The notes below the pieces were generated by a model. It searched no databases. It saw only the letters and a program-made list of their open reading frames with translations, and had not been told where the DNA came from. Positions 1-16,740 of a stretch of 64,000 nucleotides of DNA are shown here, one piece after another. The translations under genes were made by a program, and so were the position numbers. Source of the stretch: Octopus sinensis (Eukaryota); the NCBI RefSeq assembly GCF_006345805.1, contig NW_021833914.1:1-64000 (forward strand). Reading direction: 5' to 3'. Numbering within the stretch: the stretch's first letter is position 1; every line of letters begins with the position of its first letter.

Positions 1-4100
<4,100 letters not shown>

Positions 4101-4959
4101 TTTGTAGTATTAAGTTGTCTCTTGTTCACGTCTTGAGTTTCAAGCCAAGAAATACGCTTTGAGATCGCTGTGAATTTTGTATATCCATTTCCAACAGTCT
4201 AAGTAGTCTTTAGTTTTTTCATCTCGGCCAATTCTATACAAATATACACTGAAATGGATCGCAACGTGACAAAGCAGCATTTTGGGCTGAAGTATTTTTA
4301 TTCTTAACTTCGGCCGCTTCAAAAGTAAACATTAATTTAAATGACTACTTTAGCTAGTCAAAAATTCATTGTTTTATGTAAAAGGCGACTGGATTGTTTT
4401 TTCCAACTCAAAAAAGTCTGCTTTCCATAAAATAATTCACGTCTTAGTAACAAACTCAAATACTATGCATATCTTTAAGAGTGGACCAAGCAAGAAACTA
4501 ATTTTGATTCATCAAGCAGCAAGAACCTTACTATAAGATGGCTTATTTGATAACTCATTATTTTTCAAACGACTTTAAAAGACTTTATTTATAATTCAAC
4601 ATTTATCAAAGAAAAAAGAAATAGACTTTCACTGTTCTTTACATAAGTACATGTACCCCTGAATATTTTCCATGTTTTTAATTAAATAATCCTTTCTCCT
4701 ACATGTTGCTGTCAGCTTAGTACTTTCTAAGAAATATGAAAATTGTTTAATTTGTATTCATCATCATAAATTTAAAGCGGAAGTGCCATCAAAAACTAGG
4801 GTTTGGTTCAAAGTATTTTTATAGTTTATTTAACTTACATTTTTGCTTACCTTGCAAACAATGAACTCATATACCTCTCCCGAAGTGTTTTTATTGCGAT
4901 AATAAAATAACTTGTGATTCTTTGCTCTATAGTTTATAGATTTCTATTTGTTTTTCATT

Positions 4960-5353
4960 GGCTTAAAGCACTTCCTATCCTCAGCACGGGATTACCACTG
5001 GACAATGAATCCTTACCGATCGGGATCTGTTTACGCTTGTGTTGAACATCTGCCAGCCCCACCATTGCCGGTGCGGGTCCACAATTTCGTAGAACAGCTC
5101 CACGCCTTGTCGTGTACAAAGAGTGCCGGTAGAATTTCTCGCCACACTCAACTTTAAGTCGGCTAGTTTCCCTTCCATTCTAAGGTCTGTCGGCCTTTCC
5201 GGGAGCGACGATAAGCGTCCGACGGGATGACGACCTTTCCTTCAGGGGACGCAAGTCCCTGGTTTGGAACGACACCTGCCTCGACTCCTTCTTGGTGACC
5301 ATGTTACTCAAAACTTGCAGCAACCCGGGCTTTGCCAGTGATCAGGCCGAAGA
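4960..5353 (+). mobile_element. Degenerate CRE-clade non-LTR retrotransposon fragment (restriction-like endonuclease region)
   Basis: Frameshifted translation gives LHALSCTKSAGRISRH, DKRP.GMTTFPF, SLVWNDTC and NPGFASDQAEELK, homologous to the copies at 22431-23156 and 61544-61906. Confidence 0.8.
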
Positions 5354-6120
5354 GTTAAAGAGTCCAAAATACACGATTATTTTGAGTTTGCCCTCTTGCC
5401 TTCGAAAGGACAAGGTCACCAATCATAGGAAAGGTTTTGTGACAGCTCGGCATTTTCTCTGTTAGATTTACGCCACAACCACTTTGATATCGATCTCCTC
5501 GTTTTTCCAGTAGTTTTATAATTCTTGCCTTAGAAGGGGAAAGATTCACCCTTCCAGCCCATACATCACCACAGGAAGAATACCAACCGGAAAATAAATT
5601 TCAGGGTCTCCAGGGGCAGGAAAAATTTGATTAGGCACATGCTCATTTATGTACATCGTTTTTTCCTTAGAATAATGTCTTCGTCCACTTTCCATTTTCA
5701 GAAAATTGGACTCCCAGGTATAAAAACGATTAGTCTTCCGAATATCAATCGTGTATGGTAAGGTTTTTGCACTTCTACTCGAGTGTGACATCTCAATTGA
5801 CAGAGTCAAGTAATTCACTGTCATCCCTGTTTTATTTAAGTAGATTTTTAGTTTCATTCCCGAATTCGCCTGAAAGGCTGCCTCGAACGTAATAATAACG
5901 TCATCAGCATAAATAAACACATTTGTTGAGATGCACACATGTTTTGGAAAGTTTTCCATATACACTTTAGTTTTTTTCTATGACTTTGGAACTTATCCTC
6001 TTTGGAGGCTGGCAGATGGATCTTCTTCCAAAACCACTGCGAGCTGATTGCGGAAGAATTCGGTAGTCTCCTCTTGGCTCGACAGGCATCCTCTTGGAAA
6101 ACGCAGGCAAACTTCAAATG
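5354..6120 (-). mobile_element. Decayed LINE reverse transcriptase fragment
   Basis: The YADD motif (NVFIYADDVIITF) and a downstream YLGV-like region lie across frameshifted ORFs 5546-5965 and 5854-6117. Confidence 0.72.
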
Positions 6121-6224
6121 TCATCTGAAAAAATCAATTTGTCAATAACAACCTTTAAATTTGTAATTACGAAAGTCAATTTTGCATATAAGAAATTTTT
6201 CGTCAAAATACATCGAAAATTGTT

Positions 6225-7260
6225 TGATGACTGAAAAAACAAGATATCGAAAATACAATGATGATACAAAAAAAATAATAATTGAAGCACATTAAAATTT
6301 TGGCGATTGGCAGTCTCTATGCTCCTCTCCTGGAGTTAATTTGAGAACAGCTTATCTTTGGATTGAAAATAAAGATAAAGAAAGACATCCAAGAGGAGGT
6401 AAAAGACATTCAAAAAAATCAAATAAATATAAATGAATTAATCAGTTGGATTGAAACTGATCCTCAGATCACTTTGAAAGAATGCGCGGAGAAAATACGA
6501 AAAAATTATTCAATGTCTGTGTCGGTTACAACAGTAAAAAATTGGCTTGATGGGGAATTAATTTCTTCAAAACCGGTCGACCAATAGTTGCAAACGTAAA
6601 TTCACCTGAAAATAAAGAAAAAAGAATATATTATTTGGATTGCTTGTTTAAAGCAAGTCTCCTGGAAGAACTTTAATTTGGATCGATGAATCCAATTTAA
6701 TTATATTGTAAGAGAAAAGAAGAACGATCAAAAATAGGATCTCGTTCTTTTGTCATTACTCCAAATTCGAGAGGCTCTAACTTACATTGTATAAGTGCAA
6801 TGTCTGCTTCAACATTGTTTAATTTTCATTCAAAAGAGGTTCTTACAGAGGAAAAGATTGTAAAAATTGGATGAAAAGTTAATTAATGAATGCAGGTCTT
6901 CAGGCGTACAAGATCCCACTTTTAATTGACAATGCTCCTGTTCACAATCAATTGGAATCAGTTTTTGATCAAGAAGAAAATATTGAACTTTTACGATTGG
7001 CTCCATATTCCTACTTATTAAACCCAATTAAATTAGCCTGGAGTACTTTCAAAGCAAAGTAAAAAAATGCTAAGAGATAAGATGCCAATAATTCTCAAAT
7101 ATAAGAAAACTTCGGATGGTTCTTCAATTTCTGAATATAGGCTAAAATGTTGGAAGAAATCGCAGGAGAGGCAAAAAAGTTCTAACAACCACAAAATTAA
7201 TGGGATTTGTTAACCGGGGTTGAAGGTATTATCCCCAAGTTACTCGTGGTGAAGACCTTT
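6225..7260 (+). mobile_element. IS630/Tc1-superfamily transposase remnant
   Basis: It has an N-terminal HTH (GDWQSLC...NLRTAYLWI), DPQITLKECAEKI, the IWIDES first Asp region, DNAPVH and LAPYSYLLNPI motifs, all broken by stops and frameshifts. TIRs were not identified. Confidence 0.72.
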
Positions 7261-7313
7261 TTTCAGCACAGGTAGCACGTATTTACATTTTGTTGGCGTA
7301 AAATATTAACTTA

Positions 7314-8783
7314 CAGTAAACCAAAATAAAAAACGAACACTACATTTTTCCTAAAATTTCCAAGAAACGAATCAAAAAAAATATCTAAATAGAATTTTAA
7401 CAATATATAAACAATAACTAATATTTTATTTTTCCAAAAAAAATATATTTACCGCCTTTTTACAACAAAAGTATAATCTGAACCAAAATAAAAAACGAAC
7501 AAAATTTTTTATTTGTAAATGTTATTAAATATATGATTTTTTTTTAGAAAATTATTAATATTTGGGACGCTATAATAACTTATTATGGCCAGACAATTGA
7601 GTTTTGAAGAAAGGGAACAATTATCGGTATTTACAAAATGCGGAAAGACGTATCGCGAAATACAACGTATAACTAAAAGATGGTGTAAAAGATCACTTGA
7701 TACCATATCGAAAACAATTCGAAAATATAAACAAAATATTCCATGCTCAAGAAAAATATGGTTTTGGTCGTCCCCGGCTCTAAATGAACATGATTTTAAA
7801 AAATCAATAAGGCAAGGATTGAAGATCCAAAATTTAATTGCGTAAAATATGCGAAGGCACTGAAAGAAGAAACTGGGAAAAATGTAACACCTGAAACAAT
7901 CAGAAATACACTAAAACAAAGAGGTTTCAAAGCATTTCCGCCGACTATAAGACCACATCTTACTAAAAAACACAAGAACGAAGAATGGAAATCTGTCAAA
8001 ATGGAATATGCTATTGGAATTACGTTATATTCAGCGACGAATGAAAATTCAACTTAGTAAACAACGACGGACGAAGATTTGTATAAAGACAACAATCCGA
8101 AAAGTTTGTTTCACGCAATATTACTGAAACCGTAAAATTTGGAAAAGGAAGTGTGATGATATGTGGTGCATTTACGTCTGAATATTTTAGTAATCTGGTT
8201 TGGATAAAAAAAAATAATGAATAAATCATTGTATGTTAACATTTTGGCAAACAATTTGTTGTTATTTCTGGAAAAAATAGGATTATTGATCCATTTTTCA
8301 ACAGGACAACGACCTAAAACAACACATGTGTGCTTGCAAAAATTTTTTGAGACTATAATATCGAATTGCTACCTTGGCCAGCGCAAAGCCCAGATCTTAA
8401 CCCCTTGAACACTTATGGAGCTATATGAAGGCAAAATAAGGAGGAAATCGTATTCCAAAAAAGAGGAACTTTTTGAAGAATTACAAAAAATTTGGAATGA
8501 GATAGGAGTGGATTATGCAAAATCATTGTAGGAACTATGAGTGAACGAATATTGTCTGTAATTGCGACACGTGGTGGGCATACTAAATAAATAAAATTTT
8601 GTTCGTTTTTATTTTGGTTCAGATTATACTTTTGCCGTAAAAAGGCGGTAAATATATTTTTTTTGCAAAATAAAAATATTAGTTATTGTTTATATATTGT
8701 TTAAATTCTATTTAGATATTTTTTTTGATTCGTTTTCGGAAATTTTAGGAAAAATGTAGTGTTCGTTTTTATTTTGGTTTACT
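7314..8783 (+). mobile_element. Tc1 element with about 190-bp IR-DR type terminal inverted repeats; degenerate DD34E transposase at about 7585-8590
   Basis: TA at 7312-7313 precedes CAGTAAACCAAAATAAAAAACGAACACTAC. The inverse copy ends at 8783 with its terminal G/TA damaged. Each TIR carries AACCAAAATAAAAAACGAAC twice (7319 and 7481; 8601 and 8761). Transposase motifs are VIFSDE, FQQDND, SPDLNP and RGGHTK. Confidence 0.9.
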
Positions 8784-9879
8784 TTTTTTCCCTTTGAAGC
8801 TCAGATTCCCATGTGACTTGACCGATTTTGATATCAATTAATGAGGATTCTGAAATTTTGCTGATAGATCTTCGAGACAAACATAATCTAAAATTAATTA
8901 TTTATTAATTGTTAAATTACAATTTTCAGATTCTTTACAATATACAGTATAAAAATAATCTGCAGTGAATGTATACAAAAGATTTTGTATACTACCAATC
9001 GGAGCTTGTGAAACTGTTTTGTAGTAATTTGTTTCCATAATTCCTCGATTATCATTTTTAACTTTTTTAATAACTTTCCTTCTCCATAACTAAGAAATTC
9101 TAATATTTAAACAAAATTTGTGATACTACCATCTTTTTCCCCTTTAGAGCTTATTCCTGCAACCTGATGAAAATATGGTTTTTGTTCTTTTAAGAGTACA
9201 ACTTCCTAATTTACAATTTTTAATAATATAATAAATATTTACTTGGAATTCTTGCTGCATTTAGAATATATAGTAGTTGATTTCATATTTATAAATAGTG
9301 AAAAACATTGATTTCAACAATTGTCCTATATTGAATTCATTAAAGATTCATTCATTCAAATTTAAATCGAAATTACTACCCTGAATGCTGAATGCATTTT
9401 ATTTTTTGAATTCTAATTTATTAAGAATTCATAAATATAAAGCACACTAATTAAACTTTATTACTGTGTATTAAAGCACATTCAAGGGAGAAATTTAAAT
9501 AATGGTATAGAAAAGTGATTCAAATCATCTGTAAAAAATTTTAATAACATTTTTAGTAATTAGGTCACATAAAAGTCAATAAAGTTAACTCAACAAAAAA
9601 TTATTATGCTGTAAAATACTAGAAATACATTTGGTGTTTTAAAAAAGCTTTTATTTTATGTTTTTTAGGTCAATTTTGTCAATTTTATAAAGATTAAATT
9701 ATCAACCACGCTGACTATTGTTCAATTGTTGTTGTTCATGCTTAAATTTACAAAATCCTCTCATTATAAAGTCTTGAGAATCATCCATGAATGTTTCAAT
9801 TACTCCTGGTGGAATTTTATATTGCAATATATAGAACATTCGTGTAGCATTCCGTAATGAAACTTACGCCTTTAAATAA

Positions 9880-10250
9880 AATTTTGTAAATATTGTCATT
9901 GAAAAATAACGGATTTTCAAATCATCAATCTTATTAATTGTATAGCATTAAGATTTTTGCCAAATGCATCAGTTGTATGCCAGATTGTGAATGACACGAT
10001 TAGAAGTGGAAATATTGAGAGAGGAATTATTATTTATTATTAACCGACGCGGCAACATATATGATTTCAGTTTGAAGCACACAAAAATTATATCCTAATA
10101 TGTCTACGTAACATGTATTGCAAAATTTTTAAATATTTTCATTGAAAAATAACGGATTTTTAAATCAACAATCTTATTACATAGCATTAAAATTTTCGCC
10201 AAATGCATCAGTTGTATGCCAGACTGTGGATGGGACGATTAAAAGTGAAA
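9880..10250. repeat. Diverged direct repeat of about 130 bp (about 9880-10012 and about 10125-10250), possibly within a MULE transposase remnant
   Basis: Both copies share TCATTGAAAAATAACGGATTTT...CCAAATGCATCAGTTGTATGCCAGA.TGTG. The minus strand reads CIWRKF, reminiscent of the MULE IWRK motif (weak). Confidence 0.6.
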
Positions 10251-11039
10251 AGACTAGGGAGTATTTCACCATTCATTCAGCTCCGATTCAAATGGAACTT
10301 AAAGAAAAATGACCTTCCTTTATTTTAATTGTACGTTAGACTTTTATAAGCATGTAGTTATCAGAAAGGTGCTAAAAGCCTTTATCGTTTTTGAATTATG
10401 AATTGAGAGTTCTTGTTTTCGAAAATCTAAAAATCACGCCATTTTTGCAAGTTTTATTAAAATTTTTAAATTAATGAAAATAATAACACTGGAAAAACAG
10501 AAACAAAAATTAATAATGTGCTATTATGGGATCGTTTTACGTCCCCTCCAACTAAAAGGGCTAAAATAAGGGTCCTTCATGTGCAGTTTATCGAAGTCAT
10601 TTGTTGGATTGATATTTTTTGACCTATCAGGTGATTGATAGGCATCGTTTCTTGCATGTTATTCATTAGCACTTCTCTGATTTTTTCCAAAATTGCTTCT
10701 TTGTCAAATTTCTCCCAGGAGTCTCCCATGTTTAAAACTATATAAATTCAGATTATTAACGTAAATTTTATACTTATATATTCAGTTTTTACGCATATAT
10801 TGATTTAACAGGTCTGCTAATTATAAAGTGTTGTTTTGTGAATGCTTTGATAAATGAATTTTGGAGTTAATCTCTGATTCTATACCTGAAATTATTTCCC
10901 GATAAAAATGATTTAATTTTCGCTCAAACAAAAAGTTTTTATACTGTTAAAAACAAAAAATGCAAATTAAATTGTTCAGAATACAAATTAGAAAAAAAAT
11001 ACAAATATTTATTTGAAAACTATTTTTATTCTGTTGGGA

Positions 11040-11400
11040 GTATCAAATCGAGTTCTTACCTAGTGAATAACTTAATTGCTTCTAAAAAACTTGTTCTCAA
11101 AAAAAGTAGTCGAAAGGAACTATTTGCTGAAATAGGACTACCTCAATTGTTACTAGATGGGGGGCTGGTTCCGAGCAACTAAATACTACGCAAAAAACTT
11201 CACATAGTGTTAGAAATATCCAATTTGGTAAAAGAGGAATCTGTTCTTATTCGGAAAAGTGGAGGATTTATTAATGATTTAAAGGAAATATGGAATCAAT
11301 ATTCTTCACATGTCAATTTTATTAGTGATACTTTTCTCTCCAGAAAGCTTTCAATTTTCTGAGAATACTCAATCTAAACGAAAATACTTGTAGAATAAAC
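11040..11400 (+). mobile_element. hAT-like (CGGBP1-related) transposase remnant
   Basis: The frameshifted peptide IGLP..IVTRWGGWFRATKYYAKNF resembles the P..TRWGTW..A..YY..NF motif of this family. Confidence 0.45.
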
Positions 11401-11789
11401 GAATATATCGAGCCAACAATGAATTTGAATGAAATTTTGAAAATTTTTAAGAGAGGAGGAAATTTTTTGTCTTGGAAAAGTTGAAACTGTACTTTCATTT
11501 CAAAAATCTAAAATTTGATGTGGAAAGAAATGATGGGATTATCCCAGTGTCCCTTTGTAAAATAACTTCTACACTACGCAATCAAAGTATCAATAAACAA
11601 AGGTCCAGTCGTGTTCAGTTATTAGAAAAATACACATTTCTGCACGAATTAAATATGTCAATTATTCTTTTAATAAAGAAAATGAATACATAAACAATTT
11701 TTATGGTCGGATGAATCAAAAGACAACTTTTCAAACTGAACTACACGCCATCAATTTGGCGTAAATCCAATCACGCATATATACAAAAA

Positions 11790-13150
11790 TGCACCATACC
11801 TACCATAAAACAAGGGGGAGAAAGTATCATGTTGTGTGGCTTTTTCATCAACTATTTGTAATGGATAGAATAATGAATTTAGTCAAATACAGTAAAACCT
11901 CTGGTGCTCGCCACCTCTGTTACTCGCCACCTCTATTGCTCGCCACATATTTTTCAAAAAATTAAAAATTTCTAGTAAATTTTGATAAATATTCTATTGC
12001 TCGCCATTTTCTAAATCTCGCCATTAATTTTTAAAAATATTTTTTTAGGTAAACTATTTTTTATATAAAAGTTGATCAGAAACAAGAAATTGATGCATTT
12101 ACTTTTTTGATCTCTGCAAAGATTCAATAATATAATGCTGAAAACATTTATAACGCTGATGAAACTGGGATTTTTGACCTTAAAAGACGGTCTTCTTTTT
12201 ACATATTTTGCCTGGAAAAAAGTAACGACCAAAACAATTACAAATTGTTTCGGACATTCAAAATGGATCGAATGTGAAAATCAACTCGAAAGACAACTGT
12301 TGAAATTGATAATTATGATCAAATGGTAAATATCTTGAAAATATTGGACCCGGTGGATAAAGATGATTTTATTAAACATGAATTTACCGAAATATATGAA
12401 ATTGAAGATTACCTTAATATTGCTTTCCCACAAAAATATGACGATGAAGATACTCACAATTTACGAATCTCATGTGAATTCAGAAGAGGCTTTGAAAATG
12501 TAGAAAAGAATAAAGTCATTCTTTTATCAAAATGAAAATTTTGATATAAATTCGTTGGATCTAATCGACACCGTTATTAGAAATATGCCTGAATTAAAAA
12601 AACTATTAAGATTTTTTAGTTAATTTTTTCCTTTTAATTTCTTTCGATTCTCTTTGTTCTTTACTCAAATATGACTTGGAAGGCTCACTTATGATCGGAA
12701 AGTATCGAAAACCGAGATGTTTTCAAAATTTCAAAGTCAAAAAATTTATTGATTATTTCCATTGCTCGCCAATTCTATTGCTCGCCATTTTTTCTTTGGT
12801 TCCGAAAATGGCGAGCACAGAGGTTTTACTGTATTGCAAAATCCTGGAAAAATATATGTTACATTCAGATCACCAAATTAAAGTTAGTACAACACTGGAC
12901 ATTCCAGTTGACAAAGATCCAACATATTAGTCAAAAATGACTGTTAAATGGTTGCTAAAAACGAAATAAATGTTTTGGAATTACCAAATCAATCGCCAGA
13001 CTTCAAAAATTTCGAAAATAAAAGTTATTTAAGAACCCGAAAAATATTCACAAATTGAACCCGAAAAATATTCACAAATTGAAAACAATCTGCCATGAAA
13101 AATACGAAAATATTACAACTTCTAAATCCTTTGGTCAATAAAGTATTAAA
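11790..13150 (+). mobile_element. Tc1 transposase remnant interrupted by the pogo element
   Basis: TIKQGGESIMLCGFFS lies before 11890, and DKDPTY...WL...INVLELPNQSPDF lies after 12833. Confidence 0.6.
11890..12831 (+). mobile_element. pogo/Tigger-type internally deleted DNA transposon
   Basis: TIRs CAGTAAAACCTCTG(G)TGCTCGCCA and TGGCGAGCACAGAGGTTTTACTG are each flanked by TA (11888-11889, 12832-12833). There are several subterminal CTCGCCA repeats and the pogo motif IYNADETG near 12150. Confidence 0.9.
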
Positions 13151-13225
13151 AACTATTTTCAAAACACACAGCCTAAACTGACCAACGAAAAGAAACAAGA
13201 ATTAATGAATAAGAAAGAGTACGTC

Positions 13226-13737
13226 CTAATTAGCCATGATTGTCCTAGTACATTTCCCACATGTGCTCCTATTTTTGTGTTTGGCCATCATGGATGCAGG
13301 CCCACATTCAGGATTGGGGCACCGATCTCTCAACAACGTGACTTCTCCGTCGTTGTTGACTTTGTAGTATTTCAGAGCAGCCATCACGACTTTCTTCTTT
13401 TGTGTTTCCTCTTCTTTGGCGTGGTGTGTTTTTTGGATTTTTTCTTCTTCTTTCCTCCCAGGAGGGGCACAAATTGATGGAGGGTTGACAGATCTTTTAT
13501 TCCATACGAATCCAACGAACAATCTGCACTCAATGTTGAACCCTTGTGGCTAATATACACCTCATTGAGTGAAATTCCTTTAAATGTTCGAGAATTAAGC
13601 GGAACCTGTCTTTATGGAAATTTGTTCAAGTAATGTTCGAGTCTGGTCGGTCTCCGAGACCTAGATTAGGTGGATTAACTGAGCATTACATTACAGCACA
13701 GTGTTCCTTGAGAGGGAGTCTTGACGAATATCTGCAT
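13226..13737 (-). CDS. RPS27A: Ubiquitin-like protein fused to 40S ribosomal protein eS31 (S27a); two micro-introns; one probable homopolymer frameshift
   Basis: ATG at 13737 starts MQIFVKT. Introns are 13661-13689 (29 nt) and 13578-13605 (28 nt). The 76-aa UBL ends LLGG and is followed by KKKKKSKKHTTPKKRKH and AALKYYKV...CPNPECG...RSTCGKC. The T4 run at 13398-13401 needs a fifth base to keep frame. Confidence 0.93.
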
Positions 13738-14120
13738 AGTTTAGAGCTCACTAGAATAGAATAATACACGTGGTATTTATTAATTAATAAATTATCATAT
13801 TTATGAAAATACTTAACATTAATAAGCTTTTATTTAAAATCTATTTCTTTACTTGTTCACTTTTATTTAAAATATAGTTTGGTTGACCAGTTATTGGAAT
13901 ATAGTCGGTACCCCCAGTTTGTGACGATAAAAAATCTTTAAAAAATACTTCTAATTTATTTTTTACTTAATTTTTTTGAGGGACCAAAGCTCGGGTTTTA
14001 TATTAATAGACTTTGTGATAAAATCTGAAAAGTAAAACTAAAAAAACATCTTCATTTATAAATTTATATACATTAAAAATAGATAAACAAAAAACACAAA
14101 CAACACGTAAAAAAACAGAA

Positions 14121-15869
14121 TTATAAAATAGAAATTTCAATAATCTTCTCATTTTGTCGGCACATAATTTTACAATTTTTGCAAAGAACTGATAAAATAT
14201 TTACAAAAAACTCACCCAACAAACTCGAGAAATATCTCGCTGCAGTTTTTCGACTGTTCCGTGTTGGAGGACAAATTTGGTCGAATGTAGTGACCCCCCT
14301 CAGGAATGACTGTTCCTTACATTTCTCAAACACTCTCTCATCAAATGTGGACGTGGCAGAACTATTAAGCGACGTTTCAGTCAATTCGGGGATTTGAATA
14401 CTTCGTTCAGTTTTAGAATTAAAACTTCTGTTATCAATTTTCAAGTCAAAATTACATTGGTTCATAATTTGTTAGAATTGCAGGAGATTTGTGAAATCTT
14501 TCACTTGGTTCTTCTTCTTCACTTTGCATTCTCCTTGCCACCTCAATGCTGTTATATTTCGCCGTTTTTCCGCGTTTTGGAAAATGGATTACAATCGGTG
14601 GTGACCAAAGGTTATTAAAGTTTTCTAAAAGTTGATTTATTGTTAAAAAGACTGGCAAATTTGCTTGAAAGTGTTTCAAATGACAAAGGAAGTTCGTGAT
14701 TAACCAATTTAAGTTTTTTACTTGTTGATTCAGCTCTGTTTTTATTTTCTTTTAATTTGTCAATGCTGTAGTTAGTCACTTGATCTACAATTAGTCTTTT
14801 AGTTTTCCGAACACACCTCTTGACTTGCTAAAGAGTCAATTTTATAAAATTAATTTAATTATTCTACAAATTTATACTACAAGTGCTATTCAAATGTGAC
14901 AAATTCACTACTTGACTTATTAAGTGTATAATTCTCACTTACCGATTCTCTGGGTTGACTGAGCTCGATTCCCTGACTGATGGACATTCCCTGAAGGCCC
15001 AATGCCTCGTCCAAAGGTCGGTTTCTTTTTGGAATTGGAGTATTTGGTTGCTCATTTCTAACACTTTGGGGTCTTTTGGATGGACTTGTGTCGGAAATGG
15101 AGGAGATTTGTTCTTGATTTTGTAATTCGTTGAGGAGACTTTGGAATTCTTCTTCGTTTAAGGGGGGAATAATGTCTTGATTGTATTGGATTGTATTTCT
15201 GCTGAAATTTTCTTCTTGAAGTGTTATTAATTGTTGGTTAACCGTGTACAAATCTAAAAAGAGCGGGAAAATTATTTTGAATGACGTGGTGGAATTAATT
15301 AAATATATAATAAATTAAAATACCCATAGAATCGGTGATTTCGTCCTAAGAATAAATATAGTGAACTAAAACCAGATAATTAAAGTCAAAATAATTGTTC
15401 TGGTCTTCATCGCGAATAAAAAACTCTTTTCTTTTAACTCTCTGTCTCCGAATAGGCCTCTTTGTGGGAGTAAAACTGGCAGACAAGTGCCTCGAGTAGA
15501 AAGATCGAGTAAAGGACTTGATGTCGGCTAGGAAATTTAATGATTTGCTTACTTATCAGGTATTCGATTTGCTTAGAGTAAACTCGGACTACTCCAATGA
15601 CTAATTTGGCCGAAAGATATAAAGAGAAGCGAGTCTTTCTCCTCCCACGCTCTGTGTCGAGGAGACCAAGGACATGGGCAGCCAATTCCTCGCTAAATGA
15701 ATATTTTTGTACAGAAAAACCAATTTTCTACAATATTGGTCTTGTTATATTCGAGTTTTGAGATTCTCCCACTTTTGGTGGCAGCGATCCTTAAATATGT
15801 GGCTAATTAGTACCAAATAATTCCAAATTTTCCTGTCCTTCTTTGTAAAAGTTGATGTATGTAGAACAT
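14121..15869 (-). CDS. REC8: Meiotic kleisin REC8
   Basis: The spliced N-terminus MFYIHQLLQRRTGKFGIIW-IAATKSGRISKLEY...RFSLYLSAKLVIGVVRVYSKQIEYL closely parallels vertebrate REC8 (RFSLYLSAQLQIGVIRVYSQQCQYL). The C-terminal winged-helix motif is CPPTRNSRKTAARYFSSLL...RQ. Introns are 24-28 nt. Confidence 0.9.
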
Positions 15870-16509
15870 TTTGATCAAATTTGTATTCAGATTTGATTTA
15901 AAATTTAAAATATTTATTTGTAAATGGTAAGCCAAAGATAAAATAGTATACATTTTTAATATAAATTAATTATAATAATAAATAAATATTTTTGTTATAA
16001 AATTGAAATATGTAATAATTTTTTAAATCTTCAAAAAAATTAATAAAATTGTTCACTTTAAATCAAAATCTAAATATTTGTTAACTAAAAATAACAAATT
16101 ATTATATCCCAACAATCTCAACTACTTCAATAACTAAAAAACTGTGATTTTACTTTTTTTGATTAATTTACTAATTAATCGATTTAATTAAAGTCGCTAA
16201 AATCATTCAAACTCTCAAAATCGTACTCAAATTCATTCGTTCTAAATGCTCTCAGAATTTATTTATAAAATTAAATTGAAAATATTTATGATTGAAGACT
16301 TTTTAGAAAGCACGAATTAGTATTATTTTATTTATCCAATGCCTTCTCTAAGACATTCAGACTATTTTTCCAAACATTTTTTTCATTTATATTTCAATGA
16401 GAAAAGAAGTTAAATTCGAGTTTCGATCTTTGTTTAGACGCTCTCCTAAGTTTAGTCTATGGAGTATCAAGTCCCACGGATTGTCTTTAATACATTCATG
16501 TAATTTTGC

Positions 16510-16740
16510 TTATCTTAGGCAAATTTTTTGCTTGCTCTGAGTACGTTCAGAGGACTGGCAAAAACAAAATTTTTTAATTTGAGCATGTCTTTTGGAGCGG
16601 TTTATGTATTTTTTTAATTTACTATTCTTTTCGAACGTCACTCCAAAATAAGGTAGCTCTTGCACAAATGGACTCTCCAAGGTTAGTCTTAAAAATAAAA
16701 CTTTCACAAAACCCCGCTGACCAAATAACATTTAAAAAAC
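16510..16740 (-). mobile_element. Small LINE RT C-terminal fragment
   Basis: ELPYFGVTFEKNSKLKKYI resembles the YLGV.FD..L.F..HI region of LINE RTs. Confidence 0.45.

Noticed and set aside
4140-4900. Minus-strand gene downstream of KIF21
   Set aside because: Some exon-like pieces are present, but I could not build a consistent spliced frame.
7451-7463. U5 loop I-like GCCTTTTTAC
   Set aside because: It lies inside the Tc1 TIR, is mirrored in the other TIR, and has no U5 stem or Sm site.
10530-10735. Small minus-strand gene starting MGDSWEKFDKEAILEKIRE
   Set aside because: It needs an unexplained frameshift, and I found no recognisable motif or clear intron.
13034-13083. 24-bp tandem duplication
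   Set aside because: It is a simple local slippage in a decayed Tc1 remnant.
13398-13401. RPS27A as a pseudogene, or programmed frameshifting
   Set aside because: The single frameshift is a one-base shortfall in a homopolymer, and similar cases occur in CCDC180. Assembly error is the simplest reading, though it is not proven without reads.
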